From Zancudomyces culisetae HAW-14-8 (Eukaryota; Fungi; Kickxellomycota), in assembly GCA_052426225.1 (NCBI GenBank), contig JBNJNM010000012.1, positions 1,736,001-1,800,000 on the forward strand: a DNA stretch of 64,000 bases, in the 5' to 3' direction. The notes beneath the pieces are model-generated. The model was not told the DNA's origin. It worked only from the letters and a program-made list of their open reading frames with translations, and did no database searches. Of the stretch, positions 23,614-33,354 are shown one piece after another (the stretch's first letter is position 1; each line of letters opens with the position of its first letter). Position numbers and translations under genes: made by a program.

Positions 23614-26600
23614 TTAGGTATAATATTGGTTAAATAATAAAATATAATGTTGCTCATATGGTTTGTTGTGATATGTCTTATAGTATTTTTTCAATAGTTG
23701 AGGCGCGTTTATGTTTTCGATCGGCTCCCAGCTTCTTTCACTTATGTCAAAGCCTTTCCAATCAACTAAGTAATATTTTTTACCCCGTACAAGCTTAGAA
23801 TCCAAAATAGCCTTAACTTCAAATTCTTTATTTCCATTTATGATTAGAGGTGGAGGAGGACTGTTTATTAATCTGCGGTTACTGCTGGGTTCGATATACG
23901 GTTCCAATAACGAGACATGAAATGTGTTATGGATTTTCATTGATGGTGGGAGGTCTAAACGGACAGAAACAGGATTGATAATTTTAGAGATGGTGAAAGG
24001 GCCTAGAAGTCTATGGTCAAGCTTTTTAGAAAGCCTTTGAGTTTTGATATTTTGGCTGGATAGCCAAACCTTGTCACCTAGTTTATACTTTGGATGTTCA
24101 GATCGGTTTACATCAGCATACTTTTTATATTCCTGAGATTTCTTGTTAAGTATGGAAGTGAGGGCTGATTGAAGTTCTTTAAGTTGTTTTATCCTATCAG
24201 AAGCGCTGGGGACGTGAACGTTTTTAGTGATTTGAGGATCAAATCTTGGATGGTAACCATATAGAGCAAAGAAAGGAGAAGTGTTAGTGCTGGAGTGGAG
24301 AGTGTTGTTATAAGCAAATTCGGCAATTGGGAGCAGTTCAAACCAATTATCTTGCTGATAGTTGATGAAACAGCGTAGATACTGTTCCAATGTTTGATTT
24401 ACCCTTTCCGTTTGACCGTCTGTTTCTGGATGGAAGGCTGTAGACATCCTAGTATCAACTTTGAGCAGTTTGAATAGTGAACTCCAAAATTTGGACGAGA
24501 ATTGGGTTCCACGGTCAGAGATTATGACGTCTGGTAGTCCATGAAGCTTGAATACGTGGGTAAAGAAGGCGGAGGCAGTTTCTTCTGAGGATGGCAGCTT
24601 CTTAAGCGGGATGAAATGGCTCATTTTAGTGAACCTGTCTACAACTACCATAATAGTAGTGTGCTTGTTGGATGGAGGAAGATCAGTTATGAAATCCATG
24701 GTGATAGATTTCCATGGGCCTGAGGGAGCGGGTAGCGGAAGTAGTTTACCGTAAACTTTGTGTCTTCTGTCCTTTGATCTATTGCATGTATCACAGGTTT
24801 GAACAAACTCTTTAATAAATTTGCGCATTCCTGGAAACCAAAAGTCTCGTTCCACGAGCTCCAATGTCTTCTTAGCACCAAAATGGCCGGCTGGGCCACT
24901 GTCATGTCTAGAACTTACAACTTGCGGCTTCATTTTGTCGGGGACGACAACACGGTTTCCAAGCATTACAATCCCATCTTCAACTTCTACTGGCTCGTTA
25001 GACTTATGGCTGCTCTGGTATCTTGCGGCATCCAATAATCCTTCTAGATGGGCTTTGCTGGATTTGGCGATTTCTTGAGCAAAATCACTGTCCACTATGC
25101 TGATAATGTCTATGAAGTGGTCTTCGCCTATGATGTTGTTGTTGGCGACCTTATCAGGTGTGTGATTGGGCAAACGAGAAAGAGCGTCAGGTTTGCCTCC
25201 TTGAGATCCAGGCCTGTAGGTTATGATGAAGCTGAATCTACTGAGATCAAGAGACCACCTTGCGTGTCTTCTGTTAAGTGACTTCAGATTTTTAAAGGTC
25301 TCCAGATTCTTATGGTCAGTAAGAATCTTGAACGGGATGGAGGAGCCTTCCAGATGATGTCGCCATTCTTTGAGTGCCTTGATGATTGCCAAAAGTTCCT
25401 TGTCATAGATATTATAGTTGGATTCGGCAGTGTTGAGTTTGTAAGAGTAGTAGGCACAAGGACGGAGATCACCGTTTTCATCTTCTTGGGACAGAGCAGC
25501 CCCAATGGCGTAGTCTGAGGCGTCAGTTTCCAGAATAAACTGTTTTCCTGGGTCAGGGTATCTGAGAACGGGGGAAGTGGTGAGATCCTGGATAAGAGTA
25601 TTAAAGGCTTCACCTGCCTCCTTACTCCAAACGAACAGTGTATCCTTTTTCAGAAGTCTTGTGATTGGCAGGGCTTTCAGCGAGAAGTATGGGATAAACT
25701 TTCGGTAGTAATTGGCAAAACCGAGAAACTTCTGGACCTCCTTAACATTGGTGGGTGGTAGCCATTCTTTTACACACTTGACTTTAGCAGGATCGGTGGC
25801 TATTTCATCTGAAGACACAACATGGCCTAGAAATTCGACTTCCCTGATATGGAAGTGACATTTTTCGGCGTTACAGTACAGACCATTTTCAAGCAGCTTT
25901 TTCAGAACAGATTTCACATGATTGATGTGAGTGTCAGTGTCATTGGAAAATATCAAGATGTCGTCAAGGTATGCAATTGCATAGAGATCCAATACATCTC
26001 GTAACACATCATTGATATAGTGCTGAAAGGTGGCAGGAGCATTTGTCAAGCCAAATGGCATGACCTGGTACTCAAAGTGGCCATATCTGCACCTAAATGC
26101 AGTTTTCCACTCGTCACCTTCCTTGATCCGCACCAAGTTGTAGGCACCTTTGAGATCCAATTTTGTAAAGACCTTGGCTGTACGCAGCCGATCGAACGCC
26201 TCATCAATCCTATGTAATGGGTACCTATTCTTGATGGTAGCTTCGTTCAATCGGCGGTAGTCAACACAAAGGCGCAAGTCTCCAGACTTCTTCTTTACAA
26301 ACATGATTGGTGCACCGGCAGGGGAAACAGAGCGTCTGATGAAGCCATTGGTGAGGTTTTCACGGATGTAGCCTCTTAGAGACTCTAACTCTACTTCAGA
26401 TAGCGGGTATATTGGCCCCCAGTAAGGGGTGTAACCCTCTTTGGTGTTGACAGGACAGTCATAACGGCGGTGAGGAGGAAGTGAAACGGCAGACTTGGGA
26501 TTGAACACTTCCTTGAATTCAGAGTATATTACTGGAAGTTGCGGGAATTCTTCCAAGTACTCTAGTGGGGACTCAGAAACGGCAAAAGTTACAGGATCTG

Positions 26601-27615
26601 GATCCAAGGAATATTCTGGCTCGGGGGTGGTGACTGGGGTATTTTTATGAAATGGCCGGGATCTGACGACTGGTTCTCTTGGCTCAATTTTCTTCAGGAT
26701 TGCTTTGGGAAGTTCAGGTCTGAGTGGTACTTTTGGCACAGGGGTTACTGGACGACGGGGCTCAGGAATTTGCTTGACAACATGGTTATCTACTGGGTTC
26801 TCAATAGCTGCGGGTTTGGGCAAACTTTGGGTTTCAGGTTCTGGAGTGACTGATTGGACTGGTGCAGAAACAGGAACAGGAAGAATCTCTTCAATTCTGG
26901 CGTATGGATTTGACGGGGCTGGGCTGGGGAGATCAGGAGACGGAGGCGGTGAAAATCTTTGATTTTCAGTGTTTGAATCGTCCAATTTGACCGATTCGAG
27001 CAAATTGGCACTGTGTGGTAGCAGGGTAGTTGATAATCTATTCAACACCCTTTGGAGGATAGTTGAGTTTGTGGACGTATTCTGACTGGTATTTTGTTCT
27101 ACTGGATCTGGATCTGGTTCTGGTTCATCAGGTGACTTGATCACGGCCTGGATGGAGTGGGTATCAACACAATTTGTACTGCAAAAGTCAGAGTCGAAGT
27201 GGATCTGGAGGTCTGGCCAAGTTATACTAGGATTGTGTTTGCGTAACCAGGGTAATCCAAAAATAATGTCAGCGTGATTGGTTGGAATCGGGATAAGGTC
27301 TAGGTGTTCAGAGTGGTTAGGACCGGACTTGATATGGGCATTATCAACCTTGACATTTATGCCCCCTGGGTATATCTGGTGACCATCAACACTTTCTAGG
27401 ACAATGGTTTTTTCTGCTTGTTTGGTTGGGAGGTTTAGTTTTTCTAATAAATCTTGACGAATAAAGTTGGCTGAAGCACCGGAGTCCACTAATGCAACAA
27501 GTTCGTGTAGATTATTTAAAACAACTTTATTATGAAATTTATGACTAGAAATATTAGAATTATTTGCTACGCTCAGGAGTAACTCCCGGACTACATCTGA
27601 GCACTGTCTTTTGGC
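23614..27615 (-). CDS. pol: Pol polyprotein of D (protease, RT, RNase H, integrase, chromodomain), in the -1 frame relative to gag
   Basis: [38 protein letters not shown] and YLVDWKGF motifs. The frame is open upstream of 27489 to the gag overlap. Confidence 0.92.
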   Translation of the reverse strand, partial: AKRQCSDVVRELLLSVANNSNISSHKFHNKVVLNNLHELVALVDSGASANFIRQDLLEKLNLPTKQAEKTIVLESVDGHQIYPGGINVKVDNAHIKSGPNHSEHLDLIPIPTNHADIIFGLPWLRKHNPSITWPDLQIHFDSDFCSTNCVDTHSIQAVIKSPDEPEPDPDPVEQNTSQNTSTNSTILQRVLNRLSTTLLPHSANLLESVKLDDSNTENQRFSPPPSPDLPSPAPSNPYARIEEILPVPVSAPVQSVTPEPETQSLPKPAAIENPVDNHVVKQIPEPRRPVTPVPKVPLRPELPKAILKKIEPREPVVRSRPFHKNTPVTTPEPEYSLDPDPVTFAVSESPLEYLEEFPQLPVIYSEFKEVFNPKSAVSLPPHRRYDCPVNTKEGYTPYWGPIYPLSEVELESLRGYIRENLTNGFIRRSVSPAGAPIMFVKKKSGDLRLCVDYRRLNEATIKNRYPLHRIDEAFDRLRTAKVFTKLDLKGAYNLVRIKEGDEWKTAFRCRYGHFEYQVMPFGLTNAPATFQHYINDVLRDVLDLYAIAYLDDILIFSNDTDTHINHVKSVLKKLLENGLYCNAEKCHFHIREVEFLGHVVSSDEIATDPAKVKCVKEWLPPTNVKEVQKFLGFANYYRKFIPYFSLKALPITRLLKKDTLFVWSKEAGEAFNTLIQDLTTSPVLRYPDPGKQFILETDASDYAIGAALSQEDENGDLRPCAYYSYKLNTAESNYNIYDKELLAIIKALKEWRHHLEGSSIPFKILTDHKNLETFKNLKSLNRRHARWSLDLSRFSFIITYRPGSQGGKPDALSRLPNHTPDKVANNNIIGEDHFIDIISIVDSDFAQEIAKSSKAHLEGLLDAARYQSSHKSNEPVEVEDGIVMLGNRVVVPDKMKPQVVSSRHDSGPAGHFGAKKTLELVERDFWFPGMRKFIKEFVQTCDTCNRSKDRRHKVYGKLLPLPAPSGPWKSITMDFITDLPPSNKHTTIMVVVDRFTKMSHFIPLKKLPSSEETASAFFTHVFKLHGLPDVIISDRGTQFSSKFWSSLFKLLKVDTRMSTAFHPETDGQTERVNQTLEQYLRCFINYQQDNWFELLPIAEFAYNNTLHSSTNTSPFFALYGYHPRFDPQITKNVHVPSASDRIKQLKELQSALTSILNKKSQEYKKYADVNRSEHPKYKLGDKVWLSSQNIKTQRLSKKLDHRLLGPFTISKIINPVSVRLDLPPSMKIHNTFHVSLLEPYIEPSSNRRLINSPPPPLIINGNKEFEVKAILDSKLVRGKKYYLVDWKGFDISERSWEPIENINAPQLLKKYYKTYHNKPYEQHYILLFNQYYT

Positions 27616-28559
27616 ACCCCAGGTATAGGGGGTCTTGGCCTGCGGAGCGGACAGTTACGGAGAATGTGGTTCGGCTGACCACAGTATAGACAAAGATTAT
27701 TGGCTAATCTTCTCTGGCGTTCGGCTGTATCTAGCGGTGCTCTTGGACGGGAGGTGACGGCATCAACGTCCATTGGTTCAGAAGTCTGGTGATCTGGGAC
27801 AGGCATGGCTGGACGGGGGAAGACCGGTGGAGCCGGAGTACTCCAGTTGCGGAATGGGACGCTTCACTTGAGCAGGTAGGCACTGCGGGCATTGATTCTG
27901 TTCTCAAGCTCAATCACCTGATCAATGAGCTGATCCAAGGTGTTTGGTAGCGGTTCAGTGGCAAGGCGCTGGACAAGGCTAGTATTCAATCCGATGTAAA
28001 ACAGGTGGATTTTGGCTGGCTCGTTGAATCCACTGAGAGAGGCGAGGTTTCTGAACTCGGTTGCAAATTCCAGGACGGAACGCTGGGACTGGCGGCAACT
28101 ATGAAGCTGGGTGATAGCTCGGGCTTGGTGGCCAGGATCTGAGAATCTCTTTTGAAATTCATTCTCAAACCCTTTGAAATCTGAGAGCAACGGCGATTGG
28201 GTATCGATAAGGTTATCGAACCACAGGGCAGCATGACCGGCAAGGTGAGAACTGATGAACCATATCTTGTTATGGTCACTCTGGAACACGTCTGGTCTGG
28301 CCCAGAACTGGCGCTTGATCTCGGCGGTGAAGGCTCGGAACCTTCCTGATTCTCCTGAGTATTTCTGGATATCTGGTATTCTGATACCATCAATCCTTGG
28401 CTGCGGATTTGCTGCAGGCAAATTCTGCAACTGACTGGGGACTTGGGCGGGTATCTGGGCTTGAGTCTGGGCTTGAGCTTGACTTTCTTGCAAAGCTTGT
28501 TGCATAGCTAATTTTGCGATCTCATCTAATTGGTGGACCATCATTAACTCTTCAACCAA
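27591..28559 (-). pseudogene. gag: gag of D with an in-frame TGA (probably CGA>TGA) at 27864-27866
   Basis: ORFs 27864-28559 and 27591-27806 are in the same frame. PMDVD motif and [14 protein letters not shown] knuckle. Confidence 0.88.
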
Positions 28560-28579
28560 TAATTAGAAGTTATCCAAAA

Positions 28580-28700
28580 TTTCAGGAAACTAATTTATTT
28601 AAGTTGGGAAACTTAAGGTTCTCAAGTTAGGATTCAAAGGTAATTTAATATGATTAAAATTAAATATTAAAACTTATGGGTAAATAATGCGATTATGACA
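28580..28700 (-). repeat. 5' LTR of D
   Basis: 7 differences from 22667-22787 over 121 bp (counted by eye). Confidence 0.9.
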
Positions 28701-29006
28701 GACCTTCCCAGATTGGGTCAAACTTGCCTCCAGGTCCACTTATTCTTTTTAATACTAAGTCTCCTTCTTTGAACTGATAACGCTTTACCACTTTGTCGTA
28801 TCTCTGCTTCATTACTGACTTTGACTTTGCGTTATTTTCCATAGCTTTTTCTCTCATCTTTGGAATACTGTTCTGCACGACTCTCATTCTCTGCAATATC
28901 TCTTTCTCTAAGTTATCAATTTCAGCCGGCGGCATCCAAGTTGATGGTGTTTGCATTTTTACACCATATAACATCTCTGATGGACTGAACCCAGTAGATC
29001 TGTTTT

Positions 29007-32000
29007 TCATTGATCTAACAACCAGTAGGGCTTTCCAAATATACTATCCCAGTTGTCTCTGTCCATTACGCATATTTTTGCTAAGACATTCTTAAATGTT
29101 CTATGAAATCTCTCGACTTGTCCGTTAGTCTGAGGCCTGAAAGCAGTAGTTGGTGTGTGTTTTATTCCCAACTGCTTGTATAACTCCGTAGTTATTTCTG
29201 ATACAAATGAACTGCCTCTGTCTGAAATTAACTGAGTTGGTACTCCAAACTCCTGTACTACCTTACTTAACAGAAATTCTACAATGGTTTCTGACTGGAA
29301 ATTTGTTACTGGTACCGCAATGGGCCACCTAGTAAAATAGTCTATCGCTGTGATGATAAATCTATTCCCAGATTTTGATATAGGGTTAATGGGTCCTACT
29401 ACATCTATACCCATGATTTGGAATGGTGCAGGCGCAATTATCGGATGCATTTCCGTTCTTCTAAATTCGCCTTCTTCATATTTTTGGCACCGTTCGCATT
29501 CTTGTACCACTTCTTCTACAATTTTACGCAAGCCTCTTCCTACATATTTATTTTTCACTCTATTGAGAGTGTTTAGAATCCCTTCGTGTCCTTCTTCATG
29601 AATTTCTCTTATCATTAACTTAGCATTGTCGCTGTGTAACACTTCTCGGATTCCTGATTCCCTAGAGTACTTGCATACTTTACCGTTTACTAGTTTATAC
29701 GGCTTTGCTCTTTTTCTTAGCTTGGCTCTGAACGCCTCATCAGCTCGTAGCGGATAGCTGAAATCTCTGAGGTAGTTCTCAATGGCTTTATGATGTAAGA
29801 CATCGATTACCATAAGTTCCTCATACTTTGTTATCTTGTTTTCCTTTTCTCCGGTCTCTAAGTTCCTGGATAAGTAATCAGTAGGATTATTTGGACCGCG
29901 GCAATGCTCCAATTCAAAGTCGTACTCTCTTAGGAACATGGCCCATCTAGCGACTCTTCCATTTAACTCTTGAGAATCAAAAACTTTTAACAATGCCATA
30001 TGGTCGGTTCGAATCTTGAACCTCTTTCCCCACAGGTAGTGCTTAAACTTTTTGACTCCCCAAACTACTGCCAATCCTTCCAAGTGTGTGATTGAGTAGT
30101 TCTGTTCATGCCTGTTGTTTGTTCTACTGGCATATGCTATGGGTCTTTCTTCCCCATTTTGTACTTGAGATAGAATTGCCCCCAATCCAATTCCAGATGC
30201 ATCCGTTGTGAGTATAAATGCCTGTTCCCAATTTGGGTGTGCCAGAGTCGGTGCTTCTGTTAGTTTTTTAATTAGTGTTTTAACCGACTCTTCACAACTT
30301 GCGCTCCAAGTCCAGGGTACGTCCTTCTTTAATAGCTCTGTAAGCGGCTTTACTATCAATGCGTATCCCTCTATAAATTTTCTGTAGTAACCTGTGAGCC
30401 CCAAGAACGATTGAATCTCTTTGACGTTCCTTGGTGCGGTTACTTTTTCCATGGCCTCTATTTTATCCTTGTTGGTAGAAATGCCATGTTTAGAGACCGT
30501 ATATCCCAGATACTTGATTTCGGTCTTTGCAAACTCACATTTTTCTTTGTGGAGTTGCACCTTGTGTTGCTTCAATAACTCAAACACTTCTCTAAGGTGT
30601 TGAGAGTGGTCTTCTGTGTTTTTTGAATAGATGATTATGTCATCTACAAACACAATAGCAAACTTCCAGAGTACTTTTGCCAGTACTCGTTCCATCATCT
30701 TTTGGAATGTTGCCGGACTATTGCATAATCCAAACGGCATTACATTATAGCAATACATACCATCACCTGGTAATGCAAACGCGGTCTTGTTTTTATCCGC
30801 GCTGTTCATACGTACCTGCCAGAATCCACTCATGGCATCGACTACACTGAATACTCCTGCTTCTCCGAATGCTGCCAGTATGTCGTCAATTATGGGTAGA
30901 AGATAAAGATCTTTTCTGGTAATCATGTTGAGTTTGCGGTAGTCAGAACAGATCCGAAGTTTTCCATTTTTCTTTTTGACTACAACTACCGGTGCACACC
31001 AGTCTGATTGACATGGCTCTATGATCCCTCTTTGTTCCATAATTTTTAGTTCTTCCCTCACCTGTTCCCTTAGGTGGTGAGCTATTCTGTATGGTCGCAC
31101 TCTTACTGGGTTTGAATCTCCAGTATCAATACTGTGTTCCAACACATTTGTTTGCTGGAGTTCTAGCAAGTCATCCACGAATATCTCTGCATACTCTTTG
31201 AGCACTTCTGCAATATTTTCTGGTAGTTTTTCTTTCTGTTCGCGGTTATCGACTTCCTTGATCATCGAGTAGTATTCATACTCGTTTGTCTGTTTTGGAC
31301 CATCTGTTTCAGTTATCATCAGTGAAACTACAACGTCCCCTTCTACCGTTGGTAAGAGCAGCTCCATGTTGCTCAAATCGATGTTGGCCTGGTGTTTCAG
31401 TAACCAATCTGCTCCCAACACCATCCTGTTTAATCCTCCTTCCATAACTACTAAATCTCCTGGGAAGATGAACCCTGCTATAACAAATGGAACATCTCTG
31501 ATTATTCCCAGTGTCTCATGCTTGGTGCCATCAGCGGTTATGAGCATTGAGTGATCTTTTTGCTCAATTTTTAAACCTAACATGTCCATAAATTGCTCTG
31601 AGATTAATGAACATGCTGCACCTGTATCAATAACTGTGAGCTGGTGCTTTCCAAATACTTCAATGTAAGCTTTGCAGTTTGTGGTGGTTGTCTTATCTTC
31701 TACAATGGTGTTCAGCTCCTTGGCTTCTATCTTCTTAAAGAGATCGACCAACTCTTTCCTGATTTCGGGTGAAGACTGTAACAGTTGACCAAGTGAAATA
31801 TCTGGTTTTAATTTATCCAACTCTGAACTTATCGAAAACTTTTGAATGTTCTCCAATAGTCTAATATCCATTTTCTTCCTAACTCTTAGGGTAGCTGGTT
31901 TGATTACTGGCCCCGTCTTGTTAGGTTCTTTTTGTGCCACACGGATTTTTGCATGAGCTGGCTGAAAATCCATGCCATTGTTTTCGTCTCTCTTACGTTT

Positions 32001-32852
32001 GTCCACTGCATAGAGTTCCGTATCTTTGTTTCCATCTGTTTTTCTTTCTATCTCTATGCAGTTAATTTCTTGTTTTTGGTCCTTCTGCCTCTTGTAGCAC
32101 GCTGCGGCCTCATGCCCTGGCCTTTTGCAGTATGTACATTCCACTTTCTTGAACGGTCTTCTTGGTTGTGGAGCAGACTTTTCAGAGTAATTGGGTCTCT
32201 TTTCTAATCTAGCTAGAAGATTAAGTGAAAGCTCGTCAAACTTTTTAATCAACGCCTCGTACATATCTGGACCCTCATTAGATTTATGTACCTTCATCAC
32301 CTTCCTACTAGTGCTTTTTGGTTTTTCTGATGTTTCCCTGACAGTAGGTAATATTTTCTCGACATCCTCTTCTGCCTGGATTATTGCTATGGCAGATTTG
32401 ACATCCTTAACTTTGGCTTTTAAAATTTGCCTTTGATACTTGGGGTTAAGAGCGTCTACAAAAAACTTAAGTCTGATCCGTTCGTCTTTAATATCGACTG
32501 TTGAGACCAGTTTGCTGAACTCCGTCTCAAAATCTTCAAAGTCGAGGTAGTCACTTTGTTTAAGGCTTTGCAGTTGATTCCACGCTCGTGCCTCTCTGTC
32601 TTTACCTTCAAACTTTTCCAGGAATTCCTCACGAACCTTTTTCCATTTTTCTAGTTTAGACTTATTGATCTTGTACCATCGAAGGTCTTTCCCCGTTAAA
32701 AACAATTCTAAGAAATCAATCTTGTCTTTTTCCATCCAGCTGTTGATCCTAGCCATTAGCTCATACCTATCGAGCCATTCTTCCACGTTTGTAGTAGTGT
32801 TGCTATCGAACATTGCTACATCTGGAATTCCTCTGTTGAACGTAAAATTCAT
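29007..32852 (-). CDS. Gag-Pol polyprotein of E (1-nt frameshift near 29045 in the integrase)
   Basis: CTYCKRPGHEAAAC knuckle, IDTGA protease, FVDD RT, TTDAS RNase H, H-x3-H...C-x2-C and GIDVVGP/SDRG/GQVER integrase motifs. Confidence 0.93.
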   Translation of the reverse strand: MNFTFNRGIPDVAMFDSNTTTNVEEWLDRYELMARINSWMEKDKIDFLELFLTGKDLRWYKINKSKLEKWKKVREEFLEKFEGKDREARAWNQLQSLKQSDYLDFEDFETEFSKLVSTVDIKDERIRLKFFVDALNPKYQRQILKAKVKDVKSAIAIIQAEEDVEKILPTVRETSEKPKSTSRKVMKVHKSNEGPDMYEALIKKFDELSLNLLARLEKRPNYSEKSAPQPRRPFKKVECTYCKRPGHEAAACYKRQKDQKQEINCIEIERKTDGNKDTELYAVDKRKRDENNGMDFQPAHAKIRVAQKEPNKTGPVIKPATLRVRKKMDIRLLENIQKFSISSELDKLKPDISLGQLLQSSPEIRKELVDLFKKIEAKELNTIVEDKTTTTNCKAYIEVFGKHQLTVIDTGAACSLISEQFMDMLGLKIEQKDHSMLITADGTKHETLGIIRDVPFVIAGFIFPGDLVVMEGGLNRMVLGADWLLKHQANIDLSNMELLLPTVEGDVVVSLMITETDGPKQTNEYEYYSMIKEVDNREQKEKLPENIAEVLKEYAEIFVDDLLELQQTNVLEHSIDTGDSNPVRVRPYRIAHHLREQVREELKIMEQRGIIEPCQSDWCAPVVVVKKKNGKLRICSDYRKLNMITRKDLYLLPIIDDILAAFGEAGVFSVVDAMSGFWQVRMNSADKNKTAFALPGDGMYCYNVMPFGLCNSPATFQKMMERVLAKVLWKFAIVFVDDIIIYSKNTEDHSQHLREVFELLKQHKVQLHKEKCEFAKTEIKYLGYTVSKHGISTNKDKIEAMEKVTAPRNVKEIQSFLGLTGYYRKFIEGYALIVKPLTELLKKDVPWTWSASCEESVKTLIKKLTEAPTLAHPNWEQAFILTTDASGIGLGAILSQVQNGEERPIAYASRTNNRHEQNYSITHLEGLAVVWGVKKFKHYLWGKRFKIRTDHMALLKVFDSQELNGRVARWAMFLREYDFELEHCRGPNNPTDYLSRNLETGEKENKITKYEELMVIDVLHHKAIENYLRDFSYPLRADEAFRAKLRKRAKPYKLVNGKVCKYSRESGIREVLHSDNAKLMIREIHEEGHEGILNTLNRVKNKYVGRGLRKIVEEVVQECERCQKYEEGEFRRTEMHPIIAPAPFQIMGIDVVGPINPISKSGNRFIITAIDYFTRWPIAVPVTNFQSETIVEFLLSKVVQEFGVPTQLISDRGSSFVSEITTELYKQLGIKHTPTTAFRPQTNGQVERFHRTFKNVLAKICVMDRDNWDSIFGKPYWLLDQ

Positions 32853-33354
32853 TTTAGAGGTATTCGGTCAGTTGTTGGTTCAGGAGTGCTCGTCTCCTGT
32901 ACTTCGACCTCCTCTGATTCATCATCAGTTGTATCCTCTCTCAACTTTTCTGCTCTTTTACTAAACATTTTGATTTTGTTGTTAAACTTTAAATAATTGA
33001 TAAATTTTTGTTATTTTGTAATTTTATAATTTTTATATTTTTATATTTTTAGGTTTAATTTTATAACAATATTTTTAATATATATTATTTTATTATAATA
33101 TGTTTTGATTATTTATTTTTTTTTATTATTATAATATTTTTGTTTTAAATTTTTAATGTATTATTATTGTTGTAGTTTGGTATTGTTTAGAAAACTTGTT
33201 AAACCGTTGAAAGTTGGATAAACTTTTAAATTTATAGGATTTAATTTCGATTTTGTTTGATTTGAAGTCTGATTTGATTTTAGTATTTCGACTCAATTAA
33301 TTTTTAAATTTTAATTTCTTTGCTGGTTTAGATTAGTTTTACTTTGTTTTAATT

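Larger units (their letters stand above)
22667..28700 (-). mobile_element. Element D: Ty3/Gypsy chromovirus with 121-bp LTRs and an ~830-nt 3' UTR
   Basis: LTRs at 22667-22787 and 28580-28700, PPT at 22788-22800, gag with CCHC, pol PR-RT-RH-INT-chromodomain. The flanks ACAGT and GACCT do not form a TSD. Confidence 0.93.
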
